From NCBI GenBank assembly GCA_018971305.1, contig JAGXBC010000005.1:1-48209 (forward strand): a stretch of DNA of 48,209 bases, given 5' to 3'. The stretch is from Patescibacteria group bacterium. GTDB taxonomy: Bacteria > Patescibacteriota > Minisyncoccia > UBA6257 > 2-01-FULL-56-20. Shown here piece by piece: positions 1 to 8,306 of this stretch. The translations under genes and the position numbers were made by a program. A model generated the notes under the pieces. The model searched no databases, was not told the DNA's origin, and was given only the letters and a program-made list of their open reading frames with translations. How positions within the stretch are numbered: the first letter of the stretch is position 1; each line of letters opens with the position of its first letter.

Positions 1-889
1 GTTTTAGCCTTGCGGCCGTACTTCCCAGGCGGCCTGCTTAACGCGTTAGCTCCGCCGCTCCGAGGGTCGATACTCGAAACAGCAAGCAGGCATCGTTTAG
101 GGCGTGGACTACAAGGGTATCTAATCCTTTTTGCTCCCCACGCTTTCGCATCTCAGAGTCAGGAAGGTCCCAGTGCCCTGCCTTCGCCTTTGGTGTTCCG
201 CACGATATCAACGGATTTCACCCCTACACCGTGCGTTCCAGGCACCTCTAACCTCCTCTAGTTTTGTCGTATCTCCTGCACTTCCACCGTTGGGCGGTGG
301 GCTTTAACAAAAGACGCACAAAACCTCCTACATGCTCTTTACGCCCAATAAATCCGGATAACGCTTGAGGTCTACGTATTACCGCTGGTGCTGGCACGTA
401 GTTACCCACCTCTTTCCGTATGGTACGATCATTTGCATTTTTCCCATACTACCGCAGTTTACAACCCGAAGGCCTTCATCCTGCACGCGGCGTCGCTCGA
501 TCAGGCTTTCGCCCATTGTCGAATGTTCTTGACTGCTGCCTCCCGTAGGAGTACGAGCCGTGTCTCAGTCTCGTCGTTGGGGGTCAGGCTCTCACCTCCC
601 CTACCCGTCGTAGCCTTGGTAGGCCGTTACCCTACCAACTAGCTGATGGGACCTAGGCCGCTCTAAGAGTGTCTTGCGACTTTGGATGCGAATGACTTTC
701 GTCCCCGCATCATCATCGGGAATTACCCCGCCTTTCGGCGAGCTGTGCCCGTCTCTAAGGTACGTTACCAAGGTGTTACTAACTCGTTCGCCGCTCATTA
801 TCTTCCTTGCGGAAAATAATGCGCTCGACTTGCATGCCTTATCCACGCCGCCAGCGTTCATCCTGGACCAGGATCAAATCCTCAGTTAA
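1..889 (-). rRNA. rrs: 16S ribosomal RNA, 5' ~890 nt (gene continues beyond window start)
   Basis: The reverse complement carries the universal 16S blocks. These are GGATTAGATACCC (plus 115-127), ACTCCTACGGGAGGCAGCAG (plus 533-552), the 515 region GTGCCAGCACCAGCGGTAA (plus 379-397) and the 5' end GATTTGATCCTGGTCCAGGATGAACGCTGGCGG (plus ~845-885). Spacing between the blocks matches a normal 16S. Confidence 0.95.
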
Positions 890-1371
890 AATCGCGCAGA
901 GTTAACCACGCGAATGTAAGTACCCTTCGACAAACTCAGGACCTTTCGGCCAGAAATTTTATCGAGCGCCACCCACATTCGCGCAGCTCACACGCGTGAG
1001 TTCATACCGCGATTGATTTTATTGTTTGTCGGTTTATTTTAATTCCAAACCGAAAAATGAATCATTATTGGGACAACTAAAAAACTCTCTTTAATATTTT
1101 ATTTAACTGGCTCGCCTTGAAATGCGAGCCCCCCGCCCAAATTTTTGAGCGAGAATCTAATTTTAACTTTTCAATCTGCTGTCGATGCGGTTTACAATCC
1201 CTCGACAATCTCGGGACTGTTTTTAACAGCAAAACATCCCCCGAGCACATAACTTACTAAGAACTTATGGGCTCGGCGGATGTCTTAAGATATATCAACT
1301 GTTTAATGTGTCAATTTTTAATCACCATCCGTGATATTCATCATGTTGCTATTGTAGCAAAGCCAGCCCCC

Positions 1372-1399
1372 TTGTCAAGCATTATAGAATGTGTATAAT
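1372..1399 (+). promoter_or_regulatory. Candidate sigma70-type promoter of rpmE (TTGTCA-16 nt-TATAAT)
   Basis: TTGTCA lies at 1372-1377 and TATAAT at 1394-1399. The ATG is at 1410, only 10 nt downstream, and there is no Shine-Dalgarno sequence. Confidence 0.45.
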
Positions 1400-1409
1400 C
1401 TATACCATT

Positions 1410-1655
1410 ATGGCTAAAAAAGATTTACACCCAACCTACTTTCCGGAAGCTAAAGTTAAATGCGCCTGCGGCAACACATTTACGGTAGGGGCAACCAAGC
1501 CCGATATTTACGTGGAAATCTGCTATAAATGCCACCCCTTCTACACGGGCGAGGAAAAACTGATAGACACCGCCGGAAGATTAGAGAAATTCAAGACACG
1601 CCGTTCTAAAGCGTCCGCACCAAAACCTAAAAAAGTAAGAGCGAAGAAGAACTAA
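1410..1655 (+). CDS. rpmE: 50S ribosomal protein L31
   Basis: [24 protein letters not shown]...CHPFYTG is the typical L31 N-terminus with its Cys motif. I used the internal ATG of ORF 1389..1655. Confidence 0.9.
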   Translation: MAKKDLHPTYFPEAKVKCACGNTFTVGATKPDIYVEICYKCHPFYTGEEKLIDTAGRLEKFKTRRSKASAPKPKKVRAKKN

Positions 1656-1660
1656 TAAAA

Positions 1661-1690
1661 ATATCCCCGCCGGCGGCGGGGATATTTTTA
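1661..1690. terminator. Bidirectional rho-independent terminator
   Basis: There is an 11-bp GC-rich stem, ATATCCCCGCC-GGC-GGCGGGGATAT. It is flanked by an A-run upstream and a T-run downstream and sits between convergent rpmE and the response regulator gene. Confidence 0.7.
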
Positions 1691-1698
1691 TTTAGATA

Positions 1699-2097
1699 CT
1701 ATACGATTCCCAAGAACCCCTTAACTTTTTCTACCAACTTTTTCGGATCCTCTGTTTTTTTGATATAGTCCTCCATCCCTAATTCTTTGGCTACGTCCGA
1801 TTTCTCGCCAACGATAGCCGGCCAAGGATTATCCCAACCGGTAAGAAAGGCTATCTTAATGTCGCTTGTTTTTGGATTTTGTTTTATCTTCAGGGCGGCA
1901 TCAACACCGTTCATGACCGGCATTTTTATGTCCATTAAAATCAAGTCCGGCAGTAAAGTTTCCGCCTTGTTTATACCCTCTTCGCCATTCGTCGCAGGCG
2001 CGACGTCAAAACCGGAAGCCATAAGCACTTCGGCCGTGGAATCACGAAAATCACGATCGTCGTCAACTAAAAGTATTAATGGCTTTTCTCTTGTCAT
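1699..2097 (-). CDS. Stand-alone response regulator receiver (CheY-like, no output domain)
   Basis: LILLVDDD...DLILMDIKMP...K are receiver-domain motifs. The protein is 132 aa and lies directly downstream of the kinase gene. Confidence 0.9.
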   Translation of the reverse strand: MTREKPLILLVDDDRDFRDSTAEVLMASGFDVAPATNGEEGINKAETLLPDLILMDIKMPVMNGVDAALKIKQNPKTSDIKIAFLTGWDNPWPAIVGEKSDVAKELGMEDYIKKTEDPKKLVEKVKGFLGIV

Positions 2098-2101
2098 AAA
2101 T

Positions 2102-2830
2102 CTATTTTAACACCGACAGCGAAAAACTGAAAGTTGAGCCCTTGCCGTCACCCGCGCTCTCTGCAAAAATTTTTCCTCCATGAGCTTCAACTATATTCCT
2201 GGCGATATGCAAACCGATTCCGCTACCTTTCATTTTATGGTCAACGCGTTCATCGCGCATGAATTCTTTAAAAAGCAGCGGCTTGACCCCCTTGGGTATT
2301 CCAATGCCAGAATCGGCGACGGAAAACACGGCCTCTCCGCCTATTTCCCGAACGTTCACATTTATAAATCCCTTCTCGGTATATTTGATGGCATTATCAA
2401 CTAAGTTCTGCACGACGTGCTTCATCTCTCTCGGATCAGCGTTAACAAAGATGTCGTGCGCCGATGCGGTAAATGTCATTTTCAAACCTTTTGTTTCCGC
2501 AAGAATCCTGATTCCCTCCACAACGTCTTTAGTCAAACCGACCAAATCGGTTTTAGAAAACTCGTATTCCATCTTACCCTCCTCCACTTTCCGCAAATCT
2601 ATCGTATTAGTAACCAACTCTATGGCGTTGTCCGCGGCAGCTTCTATTTTTAGGATGATCTCCGCCTCCTTATTGCTGATTTTTCCGTAATTGCCGTCAC
2701 GCAAAAGCGTGGCGTAATTCTTAATAACTGCCAAAGGCGACTTTAGTTGATGAGAAACAACCGAAAGCAATTGACTCGTAAAGTCGTTAATAGTTTTTCC
2801 CTTGCGGATATTTTTATTTATGCCTGCCAT
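2102..2830 (-). CDS. Histidine kinase, cytoplasmic, HisKA + HATPase_c only (no TM or sensor domain)
   Basis: The H-box is SHQLKSPLAVI and the N, G1 and G2 boxes are present (NLVDNAIKYT, DSGIGIP, GSGIGL). The protein is 242 aa. Confidence 0.9.
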   Translation of the reverse strand: MAGINKNIRKGKTINDFTSQLLSVVSHQLKSPLAVIKNYATLLRDGNYGKISNKEAEIILKIEAAADNAIELVTNTIDLRKVEEGKMEYEFSKTDLVGLTKDVVEGIRILAETKGLKMTFTASAHDIFVNADPREMKHVVQNLVDNAIKYTEKGFINVNVREIGGEAVFSVADSGIGIPKGVKPLLFKEFMRDERVDHKMKGSGIGLHIARNIVEAHGGKIFAESAGDGKGSTFSFSLSVLK

Positions 2831-2906
2831 TGATATTATTTTATCACGAATCGTGGACTTATTCTCTAAGTTATGCTAAACTCGGAAAAGTTGATTTTGG
2901 AAGGAG

Positions 2907-3530
2907 GTGGCTCCCTTGGTAACCAAAAAAGGGTCCGTCTGTTTTTTGAAGTCATTCGCTATAAACTCCTGGACGATCATCCCCCCGCTTATCGCCATAG
3001 GGCTGGCAAATCGTATAAATGTGAAATACGGATTGGGCATCTCCGCAAGCATATTTAACGCTGAAACGTCTATAATTTACTGGACAGGAATTGTCGGCAC
3101 CCCGTTGATTATAGCTATCTTAATAGCTATAATTTGCGGGAATTACGACCTCTTTATGTGGTTTTGGGCAGCCAATCACTCTGGTTGGGTTGCCAGGTTC
3201 CTTCTAAAAAAATTTAGAGGTTTGGATGAGAGTAGGTTCAAGATTTGGAGATGGCTCGGGAAAATCTTTGACTTTCTTGAAAGAATAATCATTGGCTGGA
3301 TCCATTCTGATTCTTACCAAAAAATCAGAAGTAAAGATGCGACTTATTCTGTTCTACGCGTCCTCGGAGCTATTCCTGGATTGATATGGGTGGGAGTGGC
3401 TATGAGCAAATTTCTTAACCTCGACCAAAAAAGAGCTTATCTCAGTATGGCCCAAGGAAACACTGTAAAGATGATCTTTGTTGGATTTTCCGGCTGGACA
3501 CTCTGGACGCTGTCCAGGGCAATGTTTTAA
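2907..3530 (+). CDS. Hypothetical multi-pass membrane protein
   Basis: The ORF is 207 aa with several hydrophobic helices. The track start is a GTG overlapping an AAGGAGG box at 2901-2907, so a TTG at 2916 (8 nt after the SD) is an alternative start. I do not recognise a family. Confidence 0.55.
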   Translation: MAPLVTKKGSVCFLKSFAINSWTIIPPLIAIGLANRINVKYGLGISASIFNAETSIIYWTGIVGTPLIIAILIAIICGNYDLFMWFWAANHSGWVARFLLKKFRGLDESRFKIWRWLGKIFDFLERIIIGWIHSDSYQKIRSKDATYSVLRVLGAIPGLIWVGVAMSKFLNLDQKRAYLSMAQGNTVKMIFVGFSGWTLWTLSRAMF

Positions 3531-3535
3531 AAACA

Positions 3536-3561
3536 CCCCCAATATTTTAGTGGGGGTTTTT
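3536..3561. terminator. Bidirectional rho-independent terminator
   Basis: The hairpin is CCCCCA-loop-TGGGGG, with an A-run before it and a T-run after it. It lies between convergent genes. Confidence 0.6.
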
Positions 3562-3581
3562 ATTAAATTAGTTAACGTTGG

Positions 3582-3971
3582 CTATTGTAGAAATGCCTGT
3601 ATCTTCTCCATTATGGAATCCAGGTCGTCCGTTTTCTTTATATATCCCTGCGCGCCGAATTCCGAGGAAAACTTTCTGTTGATTTCCTGCATCTCGGCGC
3701 GTGGGTCGCCCAAGCTAGTCAAAAATACGGCCTTAATATCTTTTGTGTCTGGATCGTTGCGCAGGGCAAGCACGGCTTCGGCCCCACCCATTTTTGGCAT
3801 TTTGACATCCATTAAAATTAAATCCGGTTTTAAAACTTTTGCTTTTTTTACGCCCTCTTCTCCGTTTGCTGCTGTCTCTGTTCTGTAACCTAACGAAGAA
3901 AGCTTTGTAGAAAAAATTTCCCGGAAATCCGGTTCGTCATCAACGATTAAAATAAGTTTTGGCTCTGGCAT
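3582..3971 (-). CDS. Stand-alone response regulator receiver
   Basis: Receiver motifs LILIVDDEPDF...DLILMDVKMP are present. I started the gene at the internal ATG (MPEPKLILIV), because the 69-aa N-terminal extension in the track ORF overlaps the prfA start. Confidence 0.85.
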   Translation of the reverse strand: MPEPKLILIVDDEPDFREIFSTKLSSLGYRTETAANGEEGVKKAKVLKPDLILMDVKMPKMGGAEAVLALRNDPDTKDIKAVFLTSLGDPRAEMQEINRKFSSEFGAQGYIKKTDDLDSIMEKIQAFLQ

Positions 3972-4123
3972 TTCTTTAATAATATTATACAATATTCCTA
4001 TGGATCCCGTTAGAGACCAACCCTCTACGCGATCCCTCAATACATGGCACCAAATAAAGATCGTGATATTATGCAAATAAACCAATATTACGGAAACGTA
4101 TTCGTTTCCTATCTCTAAACGGG

Positions 4124-4840
4124 ATGGATAAAGTAATTTTAGAAATACGAGCGGGTACCGGTGGCGACGAGGCTGCAATCTTTGCCGGAGACCTCGCGAG
4201 AATGTATCAGCGTTATGCCGGCCGCAAGAGCTGGGGTTTTAGTATTTTGGATTATAATCAAACATCTTTAAGCGGTTATAAATCTTTTGTTGCCGAGATA
4301 AAAGGCGATGGAGTTTACAACGCCCTAAAGAACGAATCTGGCGTCCATAGGGTACAACGCGTTCCCAAAACTGAAAAATCCGGAAGAGTACACACATCAA
4401 CGGCTTCCGTTGCCGTTTTGCCGATAGTCGAGGCCAAAGAAGTGAATATCAAGCAAGGTGACCTCGAGGTTACCTTCTCCAGAGCGGGTGGTCCGGGCGG
4501 CCAGAACGTAAACAAAGTTGAAACTGCAGTACGCATTCTCCACAAACCTACCGGTATTGTTGTTTCCTGCCGTGAGGAGCGTTCGCAGAATGCTAATCGA
4601 GAAAAAGCTCTGGAAGTTCTGCGTGCCAAGCTTTACGAGATAGAGCAAACTAAAGCTACCGGTTCAGTGGGCGACATCCGCCGCGAACAGATTGGCTCCG
4701 CTGACCGCTCCGAGAAAATCAGAACTTATAATTTCCCAGAAGACAGGATAACCGACCACCGAATCGGAAAAAAATTCCATAATATAGAAAAAATTATGGA
4801 TGGAGATATGGAACCGATCGTGAAAGCTTTTTCCAAATAA
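4124..4840 (+). CDS. prfA: Peptide chain release factor 1 lacking N-terminal domain 1 (238 aa)
   Basis: The RF1 signature [26 protein letters not shown] is present. The codon-recognition tripeptide context is [15 protein letters not shown] (PxT type) and the GGQ motif is [14 protein letters not shown]. An in-frame stop at 4064-4066 precludes an N-terminal extension. Confidence 0.85.
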   Translation: MDKVILEIRAGTGGDEAAIFAGDLARMYQRYAGRKSWGFSILDYNQTSLSGYKSFVAEIKGDGVYNALKNESGVHRVQRVPKTEKSGRVHTSTASVAVLPIVEAKEVNIKQGDLEVTFSRAGGPGGQNVNKVETAVRILHKPTGIVVSCREERSQNANREKALEVLRAKLYEIEQTKATGSVGDIRREQIGSADRSEKIRTYNFPEDRITDHRIGKKFHNIEKIMDGDMEPIVKAFSK

Positions 4841-4848
4841 AACAAAAG

Positions 4849-4869
4849 GGCGGATCGAATTCGTCCGCC
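4849..4869. terminator. Candidate terminator hairpin between convergent genes
   Basis: The stem is GGCGGA...TCCGCC and the T-run that follows is weak. Confidence 0.4.
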
Positions 4870-4879
4870 TTAAAACTTT

Positions 4880-5119
4880 TTAGGAATAAACCATCTGGCT
4901 AATCGATTGCCCACAATCCGGGCAATTCATCTTTATCTCTGTTGTTATCTCTTTGTCTTTTGGGTTACTTCCCTGAAAGCTACTAAAGTTATCCAGGTCA
5001 CCTTCTTCAACTATGAGTTCACGGTGACAATTAGTACATAGGACCAATGTGCCAATGACACTCGACGGCGCATTAAGAAATTTCACTCCATCAATTTTGC
5101 CATGTTTCACAACCTTCAT
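4880..5119 (-). CDS. Small zinc-ribbon protein (CxxC...CxxC), function unknown
   Basis: The ORF is 79 aa with CTNC and CPDC pairs. A GGAGG Shine-Dalgarno sequence lies 7 nt upstream of the ATG. Confidence 0.6.
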   Translation of the reverse strand: MKVVKHGKIDGVKFLNAPSSVIGTLVLCTNCHRELIVEEGDLDNFSSFQGSNPKDKEITTEIKMNCPDCGQSISQMVYS

Positions 5120-5228
5120 GGTAGGACCTCCAGATAAATAATCGGGTGCTGAAAATAGAATACTACCAGTATTCTATTTTTGCAAGAAGTATGACCGACT
5201 TGTGGCACGATCACATTCTTGCCTATCG

Positions 5229-5702
5229 CTATGCTATTAAAAGCTTGTTAACCCACTCTATTTCCTCGGTAATGCCTTCTATTAAGTCATATCCTTCCGC
5301 CTCTTTGGCAGTTACCCAGGCATATTCGCTTAAGTCCTTGCATAGCTTAACTTCGCCTGATTTGTATACAGCCCAATAAGACAGGGTAACCACAGGAAAA
5401 CCATCGGGGCGGATAAATAGCAGGTCTGTTAAATATTTTACGTTTTCTATTTCAACGCCGACCTCTTCGCGCACTTCTTTGCGCACAAGCCAGTCCATAA
5501 TATTGTAGTACTGAAAATATTCCGTATCGTGCGGAAGGTTTTCGTATTCATGGCGCACAAGTTTTCCACCCGGAACGGTCCATTTGTTAGGAAAAGCTTT
5601 TTCGTGAGCCGCGCGCTTGGCTATCAAAAACTTGCCGTCTTTGACGATTATCGCTGTTGCCGTTACAAAATGAAGGCGGGGGTCAAGTTTATTCGCTTCC
5701 AT
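5229..5702 (-). CDS. NUDIX hydrolase
   Basis: A Nudix box-like sequence, GGKLVRHE...REVREEVGVEI, is present. Confidence 0.85.
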   Translation of the reverse strand: MEANKLDPRLHFVTATAIIVKDGKFLIAKRAAHEKAFPNKWTVPGGKLVRHEYENLPHDTEYFQYYNIMDWLVRKEVREEVGVEIENVKYLTDLLFIRPDGFPVVTLSYWAVYKSGEVKLCKDLSEYAWVTAKEAEGYDLIEGITEEIEWVNKLLIA

Positions 5703-5704
5703 AA

Positions 5705-6313
5705 CTATTCCAGTATCCCATCCAAATTCACATCATAAAGCATCGCTTCGTTAACAAGGCGGTAATTTATAAGTTCGTGCTGAGTGAACCAAAGAACAAT
5801 TTCTTTTTCGGCATCGTCCGTTGAGCCGGAACAATGCACAAGGTTGCGGACCGCGCGTGAATCTACATCAGAAACTTCGTAGGAATCAATCGTAAAATCT
5901 CCGCGGATGGTTCCCATATCCGAAGTCAGTGGTTCCGTGCCGCCTGTTATCTTTTTTACTATTGCCTGCGCATGAATCCCCTGCCAGACCATCGCTATAA
6001 CCGGACCTTTTGTCATATACTTTTTTAAATTATTCAGAATCACTTCGGTAACTTTGAGCGGGTCCTCGGACGGGGGCTTTTTGCCTTTCTTCTTGTATGA
6101 CTCAATCGTCTTTACGCCCGTCTTCACGCGCCATTCGGGATCAATAAGATAATGTTTCTCAATTAGTTCCATTGTTGGCACTGTCATTTTGAGACCGACC
6201 AGTTTTAAACCGGCCTGCTCATAACGCCTGATAATTTCTCCTATTAAAGTCCGCTGAACGCCGTCTGGTTTGATTATTACTAATGTGCGTTCGTATTTTG
6301 GGTGTTTGTTCAT
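5705..6313 (-). CDS. ndk: Nucleoside diphosphate kinase (long form with internal insertion)
   Basis: ERTLVIIKPDGVQR and the active-site region NLVHCSGS are present. At 202 aa it is longer than the usual ~140-150 aa. Confidence 0.9.
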   Translation of the reverse strand: MNKHPKYERTLVIIKPDGVQRTLIGEIIRRYEQAGLKLVGLKMTVPTMELIEKHYLIDPEWRVKTGVKTIESYKKKGKKPPSEDPLKVTEVILNNLKKYMTKGPVIAMVWQGIHAQAIVKKITGGTEPLTSDMGTIRGDFTIDSYEVSDVDSRAVRNLVHCSGSTDDAEKEIVLWFTQHELINYRLVNEAMLYDVNLDGILE

Positions 6314-7695
6314 TTTTTTGATTTCTTGATTTCTAATCCTAACTCATCCAATTGTTTTTTGCCAACTTCGCTTGGGCTGCCCATCATTGGGTCGTAACCC
6401 TCGCCTGTTTTCGGAAACGCGATAACTTCGCGGATATTCGGCTCGTTCTGTAAAAGAGATACGAACCTGTCCAGCCCCCAAGCAATTCCGCCGTGCGGAG
6501 GAGCTCCGGAACCAAGCGCTTCCAGCATATGGCCGAACTTGCCCACAATTTCTTGGTCTTCGTATCCCATTACTCGGAATACGGATTTTAAAGCTTCCGG
6601 ATTGTGATTGCGAATACTGCCGCCGCCAATTTCCAATCCGTTCAAAGCAACATCGTACTGAGTAGTCAAAATTTCGGCGATATTTTTTTGCGCCAATAGA
6701 TCGTCCATAAATTCCGGCTTGGGCGCGGAAAACGGATTGTGAGTAAATGTCCATTTGTCATCGTCCGTCTTTTCAAAAAATGGAAAATCTATTACCCAGC
6801 AAAACGCCAGAAGGTTCGGGTCGTTCTTATCCGTACGCAAGTCAGGCCTGTCTGTTTTATATTTTTCCATCGCTTCTTTATAACTCAAGCGCGGGAAAGG
6901 AATCTCTTGTATCTTTTTCTCCGGATAAACGCTTTTAACAATATTTATCAGGAGCTCTTCGTTCAATTTCATTACATCTTCCCTCTCAACAAAACTCATC
7001 TCCATGTCCAATTGGGTAAATTCCGGCTGTCTATCGCCTCGCGTATCCTCGTCGCGGAAACAACGTGCTATCTGGAAATATTTTTCCAAACCCGCCACCA
7101 TCAAGAGCTGTTTATACTGCTGTGGGGACTGCGGCAAAGCATAAAACTTTCCCTGCCAGAGGCGTGACGGCACAAGATAATCCCGCGCGCCTTCCGGAGT
7201 TGACTTGGAAAGATTGGGGGTTTCAATCTCCAGAAATCCCCTTTCGTCCATAAAATCGCGTATGTATTTTATTATTTTATGGCGCGAAACGATGTTTTTG
7301 GTTAAGCGTTCGCGGCGCAGATCGAGATATCTGTATTTAAGACGCGTTTCTTCGCTTATTTCGTAACCATCCGTATCTACAGATATAGGCATCGCAACAG
7401 ACGCATTAAGAATTTCCAGCTCCTTAGCAGAAACTTCGTGGCGACCGGTCGGTATTTTGTCGTTAATCATATTTTCGGGCCGTTTTTTAACCTCGCCTTT
7501 TACGCGGATAACGTATTCCAGACGCAACTCCGACGCTTCTTTAACTCCCGGACCGAAGACAACCTGAACTATCCCGCTCCTGTCGCGTAAATCGATAAAA
7601 ACCAGCTTTCCGTGGTCGCGACGGGCATGAACCCAGCCAGCAAGCTCAACTTCCCGGCCTTCGTTTTTTATAATATCGCTTATCTGAATTCGCAT
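6310..7695 (-). CDS. aspS: Aspartyl-tRNA synthetase, bacterial type without the GAD insertion domain
   Basis: It has an OB-fold N-terminus and the class II motifs FRDEDTRGDRQPEFTQLD and GGGSIR. The protein is 461 aa. Confidence 0.95.
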   Translation of the reverse strand: MRIQISDIIKNEGREVELAGWVHARRDHGKLVFIDLRDRSGIVQVVFGPGVKEASELRLEYVIRVKGEVKKRPENMINDKIPTGRHEVSAKELEILNASVAMPISVDTDGYEISEETRLKYRYLDLRRERLTKNIVSRHKIIKYIRDFMDERGFLEIETPNLSKSTPEGARDYLVPSRLWQGKFYALPQSPQQYKQLLMVAGLEKYFQIARCFRDEDTRGDRQPEFTQLDMEMSFVEREDVMKLNEELLINIVKSVYPEKKIQEIPFPRLSYKEAMEKYKTDRPDLRTDKNDPNLLAFCWVIDFPFFEKTDDDKWTFTHNPFSAPKPEFMDDLLAQKNIAEILTTQYDVALNGLEIGGGSIRNHNPEALKSVFRVMGYEDQEIVGKFGHMLEALGSGAPPHGGIAWGLDRFVSLLQNEPNIREVIAFPKTGEGYDPMMGSPSEVGKKQLDELGLEIKKSKK

Positions 7696-7812
7696 TTAAA
7701 TGAAATGTTGTATAATTGAGATTATACCAGGCAGCGAGTAGAAAATAAACAAGCAACACGTGTTTATTTTCTAGGAGCGAACCTGGTTCATGAGTGCGAC
7801 GATTATAATCAA

Positions 7813-8289
7813 ATGTTAACTTTTGAACAAATGGTAATACGCCTTGCCGTAGCTCTTGCGCTGGGGGCACTGATAGGTTTGGAGCGCGAGCTCGTCGGCA
7901 AAGAAGCCGGTATCAGAACGACAATGCTTGTCTCGGCCGGAGCCGCGATCTTCTCCATGATATCCATAGAACTCCCATATATAATATCAGTCTCCCCTGC
8001 GAATCTTCCTGATGTGATAGCAAGAAACAGCGGTTTTCTGGGAGTCATCGCAAATATAGTAGTGGGGATAGGATTCCTCGGTGCCGGAATAATTTTAAAA
8101 ACAGAAGAGCGTGTTCATAGTTTAACGACAGCGGCCGTCGTCTGGGTTGCCGCATCAATAGGAATTCTAGTGGGAATAGGACTTATGGAATTCGCAGTTG
8201 TCTCTACCATAATTATCTCCGGCTTACTTTACTTCTTAAGAAAGATCAGGTTGTACGAACACATCCGTAACGGTAGCTCTGAATCTTAA
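7813..8289 (+). CDS. mgtC: MgtC/SapB family membrane protein
   Basis: The N-terminus IRLAVALALGALIGLERE is the MgtC family signature. Confidence 0.85.
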   Translation: MLTFEQMVIRLAVALALGALIGLERELVGKEAGIRTTMLVSAGAAIFSMISIELPYIISVSPANLPDVIARNSGFLGVIANIVVGIGFLGAGIILKTEERVHSLTTAAVVWVAASIGILVGIGLMEFAVVSTIIISGLLYFLRKIRLYEHIRNGSSES

Positions 8290-8306
8290 TCCTGATGCTG
8301 TCTCTG

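Noticed and set aside
10-889. Four ORFs of 71-86 aa (10..261, 388..642, 601..861, 674..889).
   Set aside because: They lie entirely within the 16S rRNA gene and are spurious.
4064-4130. A programmed +1 frameshift or split gene as an explanation for the short release factor.
   Set aside because: The protein is RF1-type, not RF2, which is the factor that uses the frameshift. An in-frame stop lies at 4064-4066, and only ~150 nt of promoter-like AT-rich DNA separate it from the divergent gene.
3972-4178. The long form of the response regulator ORF (3582..4178).
   Set aside because: The extra 69 aa are non-receiver, hydrophobic or odd sequence, and they overlap the prfA start. The receiver domain begins at the internal ATG at 3971, which has a TATAAT box upstream.
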